A stretch of 64,000 nt of DNA from Candidatus Parcubacteria bacterium (GCA_963806325.1 CAWDXL010000016.1:68043-132042), one strand, 5' to 3'; shown: positions 28,753 to 38,012, counted from the stretch's first letter. Made by a program: numbers and translations. Notes: a model not told the origin generated them from the letters alone.

Positions 28753-28807
28753 TTTGTATCAAATATTATTTACATTAATGCTTAGAATCTAGAAAATTTT
28801 AAAGCCT

Positions 28808-28835
28808 TTGAGAACTTCTAACTGTGCTATATAAT
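28808..28835 (+). promoter_or_regulatory. Sigma70-like promoter TTGAGA-N16-TATAAT
   Basis: The -35 is at 28808-28813 and the -10 at 28830-28835. It faces the cargo genes. Confidence 0.5.
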
Positions 28836-28842
28836 GCAAGCA

Positions 28843-29053
28843 CAACTGAATAAGTAGGCCTAAACTTAGAGTATTAACCCTCTAGGCATGGCCAGAAAGC
28901 GTTCCATACAAAAAACCCCGTTATCAATGGGCGTATGGAACGTTGCAAGTCGAAAGGCTTGTATTAAGGCGAAAGCCTTAACCTTGGTAGCGGGATTTTT
29001 CGTGCAACGAAAGTTCCTACTCCAAGGAGTCATTTTATTAGTTAATAATTTAT
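28843..29053 (+). promoter_or_regulatory. Structured ~210-nt leader / candidate cis-regulatory RNA
   Basis: There is a 12-bp stem (28898-28909 with 28933-28944) and a GNRA hairpin ttaaggc-gaaa-gccttaa (28964-28981) with a competing aaggc at 28954-28958. An outer stem (28982-28990 with 29017-29027) encloses the hairpin tttcg-tgcaa-cgaaa. Confidence 0.35.
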
Positions 29054-29755
29054 ATGAGTATAAAAACCCTGTGGCAGAGGAGAAAAAGACAAATTATTAT
29101 CGGCGGCAGTGTTATTTTATTAATACTGGTTGTCTGGACTGACATTGTTTCCAACAGGCCAACAACTATCACATTGATTCAACCTCAAGATGGGGCATCA
29201 ATACAGGCAAGCAGTACTATTATTGAAGGAATAGTTACTCCTAAAAATGCAATGGTTTCAGTTAATGGCATCCCAGTCATTCTAGATAGCAATGGTCAAT
29301 TTTCATCCGAAGTAGCTTTGCCTGATGCAACAAATACAATCACTGTTACCGCATTTGGTAACACTCCCACAACTTCAACCTTAACAATTAATCGCATCTT
29401 TGCTCCTGGAGAACAGGCTGAAATAGCAAAAGAGGCTGCTGATGCCAAAGCTCAAGCAGATGCAGACGAAAAAGCCGCCGAAGCGCAAGCCAAAGCTGCT
29501 CAAGAAGCATATGACAGCACTCCTGCTGGCAAAGCGTGCAAAGGTCATCCTGATTGGTCGGCAGATATTTGTGAAGTGCTTGGAAAGGGTCACGTTAGTA
29601 TTGGTATGGACGAAGAACAGGCTTTGGTGGGATGGGGTCAACCAGACCATGTCAATACAACGACTACCGTATTAGGCACGCATGAGCAGTGGGTCTACGA
29701 TTACTCCTCCTATCTTTATTTTGATAATGGAATATTAACCTCGATACAAAATTAG
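29054..29755 (+). CDS. Membrane-anchored secreted protein (Ig-like region, Ala/Glu-rich linker, small C-terminal beta domain)
   Basis: 233 aa. It has an N-terminal TM helix, and the C-terminal GMDEEQALVGWGQPDHV...HEQWVY...YLYFDNGILTSIQ resembles SmpA/OmlA-like domains. Confidence 0.55.
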   Translation: MSIKTLWQRRKRQIIIGGSVILLILVVWTDIVSNRPTTITLIQPQDGASIQASSTIIEGIVTPKNAMVSVNGIPVILDSNGQFSSEVALPDATNTITVTAFGNTPTTSTLTINRIFAPGEQAEIAKEAADAKAQADADEKAAEAQAKAAQEAYDSTPAGKACKGHPDWSADICEVLGKGHVSIGMDEEQALVGWGQPDHVNTTTTVLGTHEQWVYDYSSYLYFDNGILTSIQN

Positions 29756-29756
29756 T

Positions 29757-29984
29757 ATGAAAAAGTATCTAATTAAGCTCATACAGAGATACCAGCAAAA
29801 CATTTCACCAATCCTCAAGGAAAGAGGAGTTAGATGCTTGTATCAGCAGACCTGCTCCCACTATGGGGTTGCTGTCCTTAAAAAATACAGTGTTCCGGTG
29901 GCACTGACACTCATCACTTTCAGGTTGTTGAGCTGTAACCCAGTCAATGGTTACTTTAAACGCAGATTAGCAAGTAATAAATAA
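29757..29984 (+). CDS. yidD: Membrane protein insertion efficiency factor YidD
   Basis: LIQRYQQNISP...RCLYQQTCSHYG...FRLLSCNP matches the YidD pattern. The ATG lies 1 nt after the upstream stop. Confidence 0.72.
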   Translation: MKKYLIKLIQRYQQNISPILKERGVRCLYQQTCSHYGVAVLKKYSVPVALTLITFRLLSCNPVNGYFKRRLASNK

Positions 29985-29987
29985 AAT

Positions 29988-30254
29988 ATGGCAAAGGAAT
30001 ACAAAACGCTGATATACCAAGATAATCTTGAGGGCAGAACAAAAATGGCAAGTGAGATTGATACACTAGCTCAGGATGGTTGGCAAATAAAAAGCAAGGA
30101 GGTTGCTTCTCAAGGTTGGGATGCGGGGTCAACGTGCTGTTTAGGTTGCCTTTTTCTGCCTCTGGCACTTCTAGGCAAGAAAGACAATATCATTACGGTT
30201 ATTATGGAGCGAGAGAAGAAAGAGACTCCAGCTAAGGTTTCTCCCTCTGCGTAA
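29988..30254 (+). CDS. Small hypothetical protein with a C-terminal hydrophobic Cys-rich segment
   Basis: 88 aa with an ATG start, tightly spaced after yidD. Confidence 0.45.
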   Translation: MAKEYKTLIYQDNLEGRTKMASEIDTLAQDGWQIKSKEVASQGWDAGSTCCLGCLFLPLALLGKKDNIITVIMEREKKETPAKVSPSA

Positions 30255-30405
30255 AATCGTTTATACTAGACGAAAAGGCTTCTACTATTGCAATTACTCA
30301 TTATCTGCAATAACGAAGCCCATAGGGGATTTTACGCATAAATACGTATGTTTCTACATATTATTTCGATAAAATGATAAACTTGACATACCTCATCAAA
30401 AACTA

Positions 30406-33400
30406 ATGAATAGTACTTCTGAAAAAAGTGAATCAAATAAAAGTGGTTTAATCTTCATTCGAGATGTAGCCAAGTATTTTATGGACTTCCTTGAGACGGA
30501 TTTCCATAAGAGAAAGAATCCTAAAAGAAGTATTAAGCTTCGTGACAGCGATAACCTTTTAATAGGAATTAATCTTAATAAATATTCTTCCTTCAATACC
30601 AATATTTGGAAACTTATTAATCATAATTTTACTAAAAATAATGTAGACACTCTTGAGAAGGGAGTATACAAGACTTCGATTCCAAAGAATTTAGTTGACC
30701 TAATTAAATTACAAGCTGAAAAGATAGATAAAAAGCAGATTAATGATGCGATAAAAACAATATCAGATGAAATAGAGAAAGCATCAATTCTTTACAAAAA
30801 AGAATATGACAAAGCGTTAAATGCTTCTTTAGAGGAAAGTTCGAAGATTATAAAACAGGATTTAGTTTTACCTTTTATATCTCATATTGAAAAACCTTTA
30901 GAGAACCTGCAATTAGGTGATGAGAATAACATATACCTCATGGAGGAGGAGATGACAGCAGTCCTCTTGAGGCTCATTGAAAACAAAGTTTCTGAAATTC
31001 TTAACCTGTTAATTGTTGATAATAAAGTCAATATCGAAAAGGAATTAAAATCTGCCTTTGATTTTGACGATATTAAAAATAATATTATTAACTACTTTGA
31101 AAATATTCAGGTTGCAGACTTATTTTCTGAGGTGTTTGAGATGGAAAGAAATAGAAGCATCTTAGACAAGCAGGAATTCTATCTTTATTTTACAGATATT
31201 ACTTTCGATAAAATTAAGTACCCAATTTTTTATATCCCATTCTCGCTCAAAAAAGATAATGATATTTTTAGAATAGAGTTTGATTCTCAGATTTACATCA
31301 ATAAGAAAGCTCTTGAGTTTGCTGTTCAAGAATATAATAAAAATAAGGATTTGCACGGTAATCTAAAAAGCATAACGGAACGCATAATTTATCTAAGTCA
31401 GCATGAGACTGATTTGGTTGAAATACTAAACTCTATCCTCAAAGAAATAATTAATTTCTTTGAGCTTGATAGCGCTATTGATATTACAAATTCTGAACCG
31501 CTGCAAGTGGCCAGAAGTTTACTTGCGAGAGTATCCAATTCAACCTATATAAGTCTCTTTGATAAATCAGATGAGGCACTGGTAAATGATTATGAAGAAA
31601 TAGTTACCTTGCTTTCTTCCGAAGACAGTATTCTTGGAGATGCCTTTAATAAACTGATTGATAACTTCATCTATAAGAATCCTGAGCCTTTTAACCCTCA
31701 AGTGGAGGATGAGTGGGACAATTTAGACAATAAAGAAAAACTTGTTTCAGAACACCCGATACCTCTTAATAGTGAACAGCTACAAATTGTTTCGGCAATT
31801 AAGAAAGACGGATGCAAATACCTTACTGTAGAAGGTCCGCCTGGTACTGGTAAAAGTCATACTATAACCGCAATTATTTTTGATGCTATCTTAAAAAATA
31901 AGTCCGTATTGGTGCTCTCTGATAAGAAAGAAGCATTAGATGTGGTCGAGGATAAAATAACAGAAACAATAAACAAAGTACGACATGATAAGGATTTTCA
32001 AAATCCTATTTTAAGACTTGGAAAGACTGGTAGTACATATGGACAAATATTAGCAAAAGCTTCAATTGAAAAAATAAAAACTCATCATAGGGCTATTAAG
32101 AAAGATTATGATAATCTTCAACAAAATATTTCCAAGCTATCAAACTCAGTCAAGGAAGATTTGGAAGCCGAAGTACTAGCGTACAAAGATATTGATATTC
32201 ATGAAATTCAAGAATTTTCTGAGTTAGAAAAATATTTCATAGATAACAACCCCTTGGTGGATGTACAAGAAGTTACCCAAGTAACTGACTCTGGATTTGA
32301 GCTTGAAGAATTGAGAAAAATTATTCTTGATATACGGAAAAATGTTCAGAAAGACTCTTCGTTGAAAAACAAGATTTTTAATTTTATTAATATTTCTGAA
32401 AAAGAATTTTGCAGTCTCGCAGATTTCAAAAGTTTCATTAGTTATTTAGAGCTGATAGAGAGCAATATCCAAGCAGTCAAGGATACCTATAAGGATAAAA
32501 TTTCTACCCTAAAACAGTTCAAGCAATTTACAATAAAGGATTTAGAATATGTAAAAACGTATATTCAGAGCGTGGAAAATCTAAAAGGAAAGATATTTGG
32601 TTACATGTTTCGTAAAGAAAAACTCCAAAAACTTGATGTTGAGTTCAAAAATAATGTTCCATCAAGTCTATTTGAGACTCCCCATGAGCATATAGGGGAA
32701 CTGAGAGATGTTTATGAATTACTATACTTCGCATCCTCTCTCAATAAAGATATAAAGAATGATTGGTTAGATGTAACCGACTACTATAGATTTATTCATT
32801 GCTTATTGGCTGACGAAAACTATGGGGAGTACTTCAAGAATCTCATTAAACTTTCGGATGAAGTTACATATTTTGAAAGTATTATTTCAAGCTATCCACT
32901 AACAGCTCAGAAAACAGCTATATCTGTTTCAGATTTTAGTACCGTTATTAACAATAAATTCAGTGAGGTAAATGATTTAGAATTTAATCAACAAATAAGA
33001 TACATTAACTTAATTCAAAAATTAAATAATGACTTCAATAAAATCCCATCAATTAACTATGCGGGCCAAAAGAAAAATATAGAAGACCTCGTCACAGCCC
33101 AAGTTACTTATATGTTAGATGGTCGATTAATTGATTTCTATGAGAACAATAAAGCTGATGCAGAGACATTGAGAAATATTATAAAAAATAAACAAAGATT
33201 TCCCAAGGAAGAATTTTCTAAGATTAAAGAAGCTTTTCCATGCATATTGGCAGGAATTCGTGACTATGCGGAATATATACCGCTCCAACCTGACATATTC
33301 GATTTAGTTATTATAGACGAAGCTTCTCAGGTAAGTATTGCTCAGGCGTTTCCGGCATTATTGAGAGCAAAGAAGGTGCTTATTCTTGGAGACAAGAAAC

Positions 33401-34968
33401 AATTTAGCAACATAAAGGCCGCTCAAGCTCGCTCTGATACAAATAAAGAATATCTCAATAGACTTGAAGATTCATTTAAGACTCATGTATCTGTTGATGC
33501 AAGCAAGCTTGTTAAGCTTGGTAAATTTGATATCAAAACTTCAATATTAGAATTCTTTGAGTTTATCAGTAATTACAATATTCAACTACTCAAACATTTT
33601 CGAGGATACAAGGAAATAATTTCTTACTCAAATAAATACTTCTATCAAGAGAGTCTTCAGGTAATGAAAATTCGAGGCAAGGCAGTAGATGAAGTAATAA
33701 AGTTTTCCTTTATAGACAATACTGATATTGTCAGACCTGCACCCAATAGTAATGAAAATGAAGTTGATTTTATAATCTCAGAGCTTCAAAAAATAAAAGA
33801 ATCCAATAAAACTCCCACCGTTGGAATAATTACTCCACATACCAATCAGCAAAAGATTTTAGTTGATAAGATTAATAGGTTGGCAGATAGGGATTACTAT
33901 TTTGATAAGTTGAATTTGAAAATAATGACTTTCGATACTTGCCAAGGAGAAGAAAGAGACATTATTTACTATTCAATGGTAGCTGATAAAGATTCCGATA
34001 GGCTATGGGGTATTTTTATAAAAGACCTTACAAAAGTTGACATAGAAGAAGACGGCCAAATAAAAGCACAAAGATTAAATGTTGGTTTGAGTAGGGCAAA
34101 GGAATGTATGCACTTTGTCCTTAGTAAACCAATAGATGATTTCAACGGTTCAATTGGTGATGCTCTTCGACATTATCAATTTGTTCTTGATGAAGCAAAA
34201 AAAGAGAAAGATATTTCTCAAACTGACCAAAAATCTAAAATGGAGCCTGAGGTTATGAATTGGTTTTATCAAACAGAATTTTGGAATAAAAATAAAGACA
34301 GAATCGATTTCATACCTCAATTTGAAATAGGGAAGTACCTACGGCAGTTGGATAGAAATTATACACATCCAAACTACAAAGTTGATTTTCTATTGGTATA
34401 CAAAGATGAAGCAGAAAAAACTCATAAGATAGTTATTGAATATGATGGATTTGTAGAACACTTCTCTAATTTAGATGAAGTAAATGAATTCAATTACGAC
34501 CATTATTATTCAGATGACGACCTTTATCGTGAAAAAGTGATTGAGAGTTATGGGTATAAATTTTTAAGAATCAATCGTTTTAATATCGGGACTAATCCAA
34601 TGGCTACGCTTGATGAAAGAATAGGCAAAATAATCAAGGGCAGAAGATTAGAAAATCAGATACTCACTAGTATTCATGAGACCGTTGATGGATTGGAAAA
34701 TGGCGAAATGAAGGAGTGTCCGAAGTGTAAGGAAATTAGAAACCTCAGTGATTTCAAAGATTCGTCTTTGATTACGGGTCATGGTAGATTCTGTCAGAAC
34801 TGTAAAAACATTCACAAAGACAGGGTTATAACTAAATCTGTTCCTGTAGTAGATAACAGTAAAAAATGTCCAAAGTGTAGTTCAGGAATGATACTGAGAA
34901 ATGGCAGACGTGGTAAATTCTATGGATGCTCAAAATTTCCCTATTGTAGAGGAACAAGAGAAGTCTAA
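30406..34968 (+). CDS. 1520-aa SF1 (Upf1/AAA_11-AAA_12-type) helicase fused to a DUF559/Vsr-like endonuclease domain and C-terminal zinc ribbons
   Basis: Walker A GPPGTGKSH (31834-31857), Walker B DLVIIDEASQ (33301-33330), MTFDTCQGEERD and RLNVGLSRAKE. The nuclease-like block is VDFLLVY...IVIEYDGFVEHF...YGYKFLRINRF. The topoisomerase-type ribbon is CPKCSSGMILRNGRRGKFYGCSKFPYCRGT. Confidence 0.85.
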   Translation: MNSTSEKSESNKSGLIFIRDVAKYFMDFLETDFHKRKNPKRSIKLRDSDNLLIGINLNKYSSFNTNIWKLINHNFTKNNVDTLEKGVYKTSIPKNLVDLIKLQAEKIDKKQINDAIKTISDEIEKASILYKKEYDKALNASLEESSKIIKQDLVLPFISHIEKPLENLQLGDENNIYLMEEEMTAVLLRLIENKVSEILNLLIVDNKVNIEKELKSAFDFDDIKNNIINYFENIQVADLFSEVFEMERNRSILDKQEFYLYFTDITFDKIKYPIFYIPFSLKKDNDIFRIEFDSQIYINKKALEFAVQEYNKNKDLHGNLKSITERIIYLSQHETDLVEILNSILKEIINFFELDSAIDITNSEPLQVARSLLARVSNSTYISLFDKSDEALVNDYEEIVTLLSSEDSILGDAFNKLIDNFIYKNPEPFNPQVEDEWDNLDNKEKLVSEHPIPLNSEQLQIVSAIKKDGCKYLTVEGPPGTGKSHTITAIIFDAILKNKSVLVLSDKKEALDVVEDKITETINKVRHDKDFQNPILRLGKTGSTYGQILAKASIEKIKTHHRAIKKDYDNLQQNISKLSNSVKEDLEAEVLAYKDIDIHEIQEFSELEKYFIDNNPLVDVQEVTQVTDSGFELEELRKIILDIRKNVQKDSSLKNKIFNFINISEKEFCSLADFKSFISYLELIESNIQAVKDTYKDKISTLKQFKQFTIKDLEYVKTYIQSVENLKGKIFGYMFRKEKLQKLDVEFKNNVPSSLFETPHEHIGELRDVYELLYFASSLNKDIKNDWLDVTDYYRFIHCLLADENYGEYFKNLIKLSDEVTYFESIISSYPLTAQKTAISVSDFSTVINNKFSEVNDLEFNQQIRYINLIQKLNNDFNKIPSINYAGQKKNIEDLVTAQVTYMLDGRLIDFYENNKADAETLRNIIKNKQRFPKEEFSKIKEAFPCILAGIRDYAEYIPLQPDIFDLVIIDEASQVSIAQAFPALLRAKKVLILGDKKQFSNIKAAQARSDTNKEYLNRLEDSFKTHVSVDASKLVKLGKFDIKTSILEFFEFISNYNIQLLKHFRGYKEIISYSNKYFYQESLQVMKIRGKAVDEVIKFSFIDNTDIVRPAPNSNENEVDFIISELQKIKESNKTPTVGIITPHTNQQKILVDKINRLADRDYYFDKLNLKIMTFDTCQGEERDIIYYSMVADKDSDRLWGIFIKDLTKVDIEEDGQIKAQRLNVGLSRAKECMHFVLSKPIDDFNGSIGDALRHYQFVLDEAKKEKDISQTDQKSKMEPEVMNWFYQTEFWNKNKDRIDFIPQFEIGKYLRQLDRNYTHPNYKVDFLLVYKDEAEKTHKIVIEYDGFVEHFSNLDEVNEFNYDHYYSDDDLYREKVIESYGYKFLRINRFNIGTNPMATLDERIGKIIKGRRLENQILTSIHETVDGLENGEMKECPKCKEIRNLSDFKDSSLITGHGRFCQNCKNIHKDRVITKSVPVVDNSKKCPKCSSGMILRNGRRGKFYGCSKFPYCRGTREV

Positions 34969-35072
34969 ATAATATATAATATGGTCAACAAAATAAGGTT
35001 AATTGTCTTAGTTGTAAAAAAGACTGAGACACAGAAGCTAATCTAGCGTCTCAGTAGTCTGATTTAATATTC

Positions 35073-35654
35073 ATGTCACCTACAACATCAAAAGTAAAAA
35101 TAATCTTTGATTTACTCACTAAACTTTCTAGTGAAAAACGGCCAAATGTAATTCTTGTTTTAGAGAATGATATGATATTTTCCTACAAAGACCGTCTGAC
35201 TTGGAGACAATGGGCGTCTGGTTGGGATTTCATGAATAATTATGTAAATACAGCAAAACCTAAGCGGGGTGATGTCTTAGATTTCTTTGCTCAATTAGAG
35301 TTAATTGTTAACCAAATCTTTGTAGTTAATTTAGTGGAGAAGAATGATGTGGTTAAAAAATTTGAACAGATACTGGATACAATAGATTTTTTTTCAAAAA
35401 TAAGACTTTTAAATCAATGGTCATTAATAGATAATACCTTAAACGGGAAACTTACTTCTCTAAGAAAGGTGAGGAATGGTTTTGCTCATGTCTGGAATAT
35501 TGAGGAAGTTAAATATAAAAATAAACCAATTTTAGAAAATATTTCCAAGTTTAAAGAGGACGCCAGAGAGGTGTTTGTTTCTCTAGTAAAAATTTATAAT
35601 AGAGGTGAAATAAATCTAGATGTTTTAATTGAAAAATTAAAATTAAAAAATTAA
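35073..35654 (+). CDS. HEPN-superfamily protein (R-x4-H motif)
   Basis: FFSKIRLL...LTSLRKVRNGFAH, with RNGFAH at 35472-35489, fits the HEPN RN..AH motif of MtlR/Abi-like families. Confidence 0.55.
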   Translation: MSPTTSKVKIIFDLLTKLSSEKRPNVILVLENDMIFSYKDRLTWRQWASGWDFMNNYVNTAKPKRGDVLDFFAQLELIVNQIFVVNLVEKNDVVKKFEQILDTIDFFSKIRLLNQWSLIDNTLNGKLTSLRKVRNGFAHVWNIEEVKYKNKPILENISKFKEDAREVFVSLVKIYNRGEINLDVLIEKLKLKN

Positions 35655-35662
35655 TATCTAAA

Positions 35663-36166
35663 ATGAAAGAAGATATATTGCGTCAAAAAATAAGACGAGA
35701 ACTGTCTAATCTACCAATTGATACAGAGCCGAGAGCTATGTATTTATTAGTTGAAATAAGAAAAGTTCTTGAGCATGAAAATGTGAAAGGGGGAATTCTT
35801 CGTTTTTATTGTGACTGGGTTGTTCATACGAAATTAGACCGCTTTGGTGCCCAAGAAATTTATGACAAGATAAATAGTGAAAACACTGAAAGCTCTCAAA
35901 TAATCTCTTTTAATAAGTTAAAAAATGAACTTAAAAAGTTTCTCAAGGATAGGGATTTACAAACAGACCTTACAGACAAAAGTAATTTTTGGAAGACCTT
36001 TAAGGAAAAGTTGATTGATATTTTAGTTGATACTCCAATTGAGAAGATTGATAAAGTTATAGCTGGTTCATTCTTTTATCGAAAGGAGAATACTTCGGGT
36101 ATTCACTTTTGTTTCAAAGACAAAGATGGCGCAATAAGAAGTCTTGGTAGAATTATTGAGGAATAA
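35663..36166 (+). CDS. Hypothetical protein (partner of the HEPN gene)
   Basis: 167 aa with an ATG start 8 nt after the HEPN stop. No motif was recognised. Confidence 0.5.
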   Translation: MKEDILRQKIRRELSNLPIDTEPRAMYLLVEIRKVLEHENVKGGILRFYCDWVVHTKLDRFGAQEIYDKINSENTESSQIISFNKLKNELKKFLKDRDLQTDLTDKSNFWKTFKEKLIDILVDTPIEKIDKVIAGSFFYRKENTSGIHFCFKDKDGAIRSLGRIIEE

Positions 36167-36227
36167 TAAATTGCCAGAATCTTTTTATTTTGGATTTAAA
36201 TAAAATAATATTAAAGAATGTAATTCG

Positions 36228-36866
36228 ATGAATCTCCCTCAATCACTACTGCCTACTGAAAAGATGGAGGTTGATTTACCCAATGGTATAACCGTCTTAC
36301 TTCCTCTTTGTCGTCCTGTTTTTTCTCAATGGACAGGTGATGCAATTAATTTTGATTACGGCAAAAAGCCGGTACTTAACTATAAAGGAGAACCATGTTT
36401 TGCGGAGCTATTAATACTTCGCATGTTGCTTGCTGAGGGTTGGGAAGGGGTATGGATTGAAGCCTATGGTGGAACTCATTTTCTTAAAACTATGCCTAAA
36501 GCATGGAATTTGAAATCGGAACATGTATCTATCCCAGAAGACAAAGAAGCATTACTTAAAAGGATATGGAAAACGGGCAATACAAAAGCGTGCTTCGATG
36601 TGTTTGTCTGGCATGAAGGCCAGTATTTATTTCTTGAAGCGAAAAGAGACGGCAAAGATAAACTGACATCAGCTCAAGCAAAGTTTATAGAGGGAGCGTT
36701 AGCTTGCGGCGTACTGCCAGAACATATGATTATTATTGAATGGAAAACTGAAACAGCGGCAGAAAAGCTGTCCGATGAAAATATATCTGAGCTTGTAGGA
36801 TTTTTTGATGAGCTTCACAAATTTGATAGAGAAGATAAAGAAAAAAATGAGGAAGAAAAAGAATAA
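36228..36866 (+). CDS. VRR-NUC-like PD-(D/E)xK nuclease with an acidic C-terminal tail
   Basis: CFDVFVWHEGQYLFLEAKRDGKDKLTSAQAKFIEGALACG fits the D...E.K core followed by the VRR-NUC ls..Q motif. Confidence 0.6.
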   Translation: MNLPQSLLPTEKMEVDLPNGITVLLPLCRPVFSQWTGDAINFDYGKKPVLNYKGEPCFAELLILRMLLAEGWEGVWIEAYGGTHFLKTMPKAWNLKSEHVSIPEDKEALLKRIWKTGNTKACFDVFVWHEGQYLFLEAKRDGKDKLTSAQAKFIEGALACGVLPEHMIIIEWKTETAAEKLSDENISELVGFFDELHKFDREDKEKNEEEKE

Positions 36867-36982
36867 GCCAAAAGTTGCAGTCAAGCGAGCCGAAGGAGTA
36901 TCAGATGATGAAATACAACGACGACTGGCTAGAGCGTTTGATGTATTGTTTACAGCCACGGCAGGTAAGCTAAAATAGACTG

Positions 36983-37474
36983 ATGGCCACAATACTTATT
37001 TTAATAGTTGTAGTAATTATTGCTCTATTATTTTTTGTACTGAATAAATTAGGTGAGAGTAATAAAAAACAATGGGCGTATCAATACAAGAGAAAAGACT
37101 TCTTCTTATCTCGTGCGGAGCATGAGTGCTACGATGCCCTTATGCTCGCTGTGGGGAAGGATTATTACATCTTTGCTCAAGTTCACGTGCCAACCATTGT
37201 AGATAGTAAAGTCGTAGGCCAAAATTGGCGTGGCGCATTTCGCCATATCAACGAAAAGTCCGTTGATTTTGTATTGTGTGATAAAGCGTATATTTCACCC
37301 AAACTTGTTATTGAGCTAGATGACAGAACCCATGAACGTATTGATAGGGTAGAGCGAGATAAGGAGGTGGAGCGCATTTTGAAAGACGCTGGACTACCCT
37401 TACTTAGGTTAGAAAATAATGGGAAATTTAATACGGATGAATTAGCCCAAAAAATAACGTCTCTATTGAGTTAA
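36983..37474 (+). CDS. DUF2726 (endonuclease-like) protein with an N-terminal TM helix
   Basis: LSRAEHECYDAL...IFAQVHV...KSVDFVLCDKAYISPKLVIELDDRTH...RDKEVERILKDAGLPLLRL matches the DUF2726 pattern. Confidence 0.75.
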   Translation: MATILILIVVVIIALLFFVLNKLGESNKKQWAYQYKRKDFFLSRAEHECYDALMLAVGKDYYIFAQVHVPTIVDSKVVGQNWRGAFRHINEKSVDFVLCDKAYISPKLVIELDDRTHERIDRVERDKEVERILKDAGLPLLRLENNGKFNTDELAQKITSLLS

Positions 37475-37500
37475 AATTTTATTATTGCTAGGCTTACGGC

Positions 37501-37995
37501 ATGGCAATTATCACCAAAAAAATCCTGCCAGAATGGTTTGATGCAATTGCTTCTGGGCAGAAGAAGTATGAACTTCGTCTTGCTGATTTTGATATTCAGG
37601 AGGGAGATACACTTCGGTTGGAAGAATGGGTTGGAGAAGGAGAGGGTAGAAAGGCAACAGGTAGGGTGATAGAAAAGAAAATCAGCTATGTACGCAACTT
37701 TGATGTAGATACATGGATGAAACAACAGCCAGAAATTAAAGAAAAAGGAATGTATGTATTGCAGTTCGATGATTCTAAAAATGAGGCAGAGAAAAAGTAT
37801 GTTCAAGAAGAAACATATGGCCTACTGTTAATCGGTATTGCGTTCGGAATCATAGGTGGAATGGCCGCAAATGTGCTGGATAGAATATTTGGGCAATTTG
37901 GTGTTTGGTATGACCTCATTATTGTAATTTTGTTTGCCGTTGCTTGTGCGGGACTAACATATCTTCTGAAAAGAAAATTAAAATACATGAAGTAG
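37501..37995 (+). CDS. ASCH-like (DUF3850) domain protein with a C-terminal TM region
   Basis: KKILPEWFDAIASGQKKYELRLADFDIQEGDTLRLEEW...ATGRVIEKKISYV, then the hydrophobic LLLIGIAFGIIGG and LIIVILFAVACAGL. Confidence 0.65.
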   Translation: MAIITKKILPEWFDAIASGQKKYELRLADFDIQEGDTLRLEEWVGEGEGRKATGRVIEKKISYVRNFDVDTWMKQQPEIKEKGMYVLQFDDSKNEAEKKYVQEETYGLLLIGIAFGIIGGMAANVLDRIFGQFGVWYDLIIVILFAVACAGLTYLLKRKLKYMK

Positions 37996-38012
37996 AGACA
38001 ATTTAAAAAATT

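Noticed and set aside
28888-29142. 84-aa ORF overlapping the structured leader and the start of the 29054 gene
   Set aside because: It has no SD, overlaps the better-supported 233-aa gene in another frame, and its sequence coincides with strong RNA stems. It is treated as non-coding.
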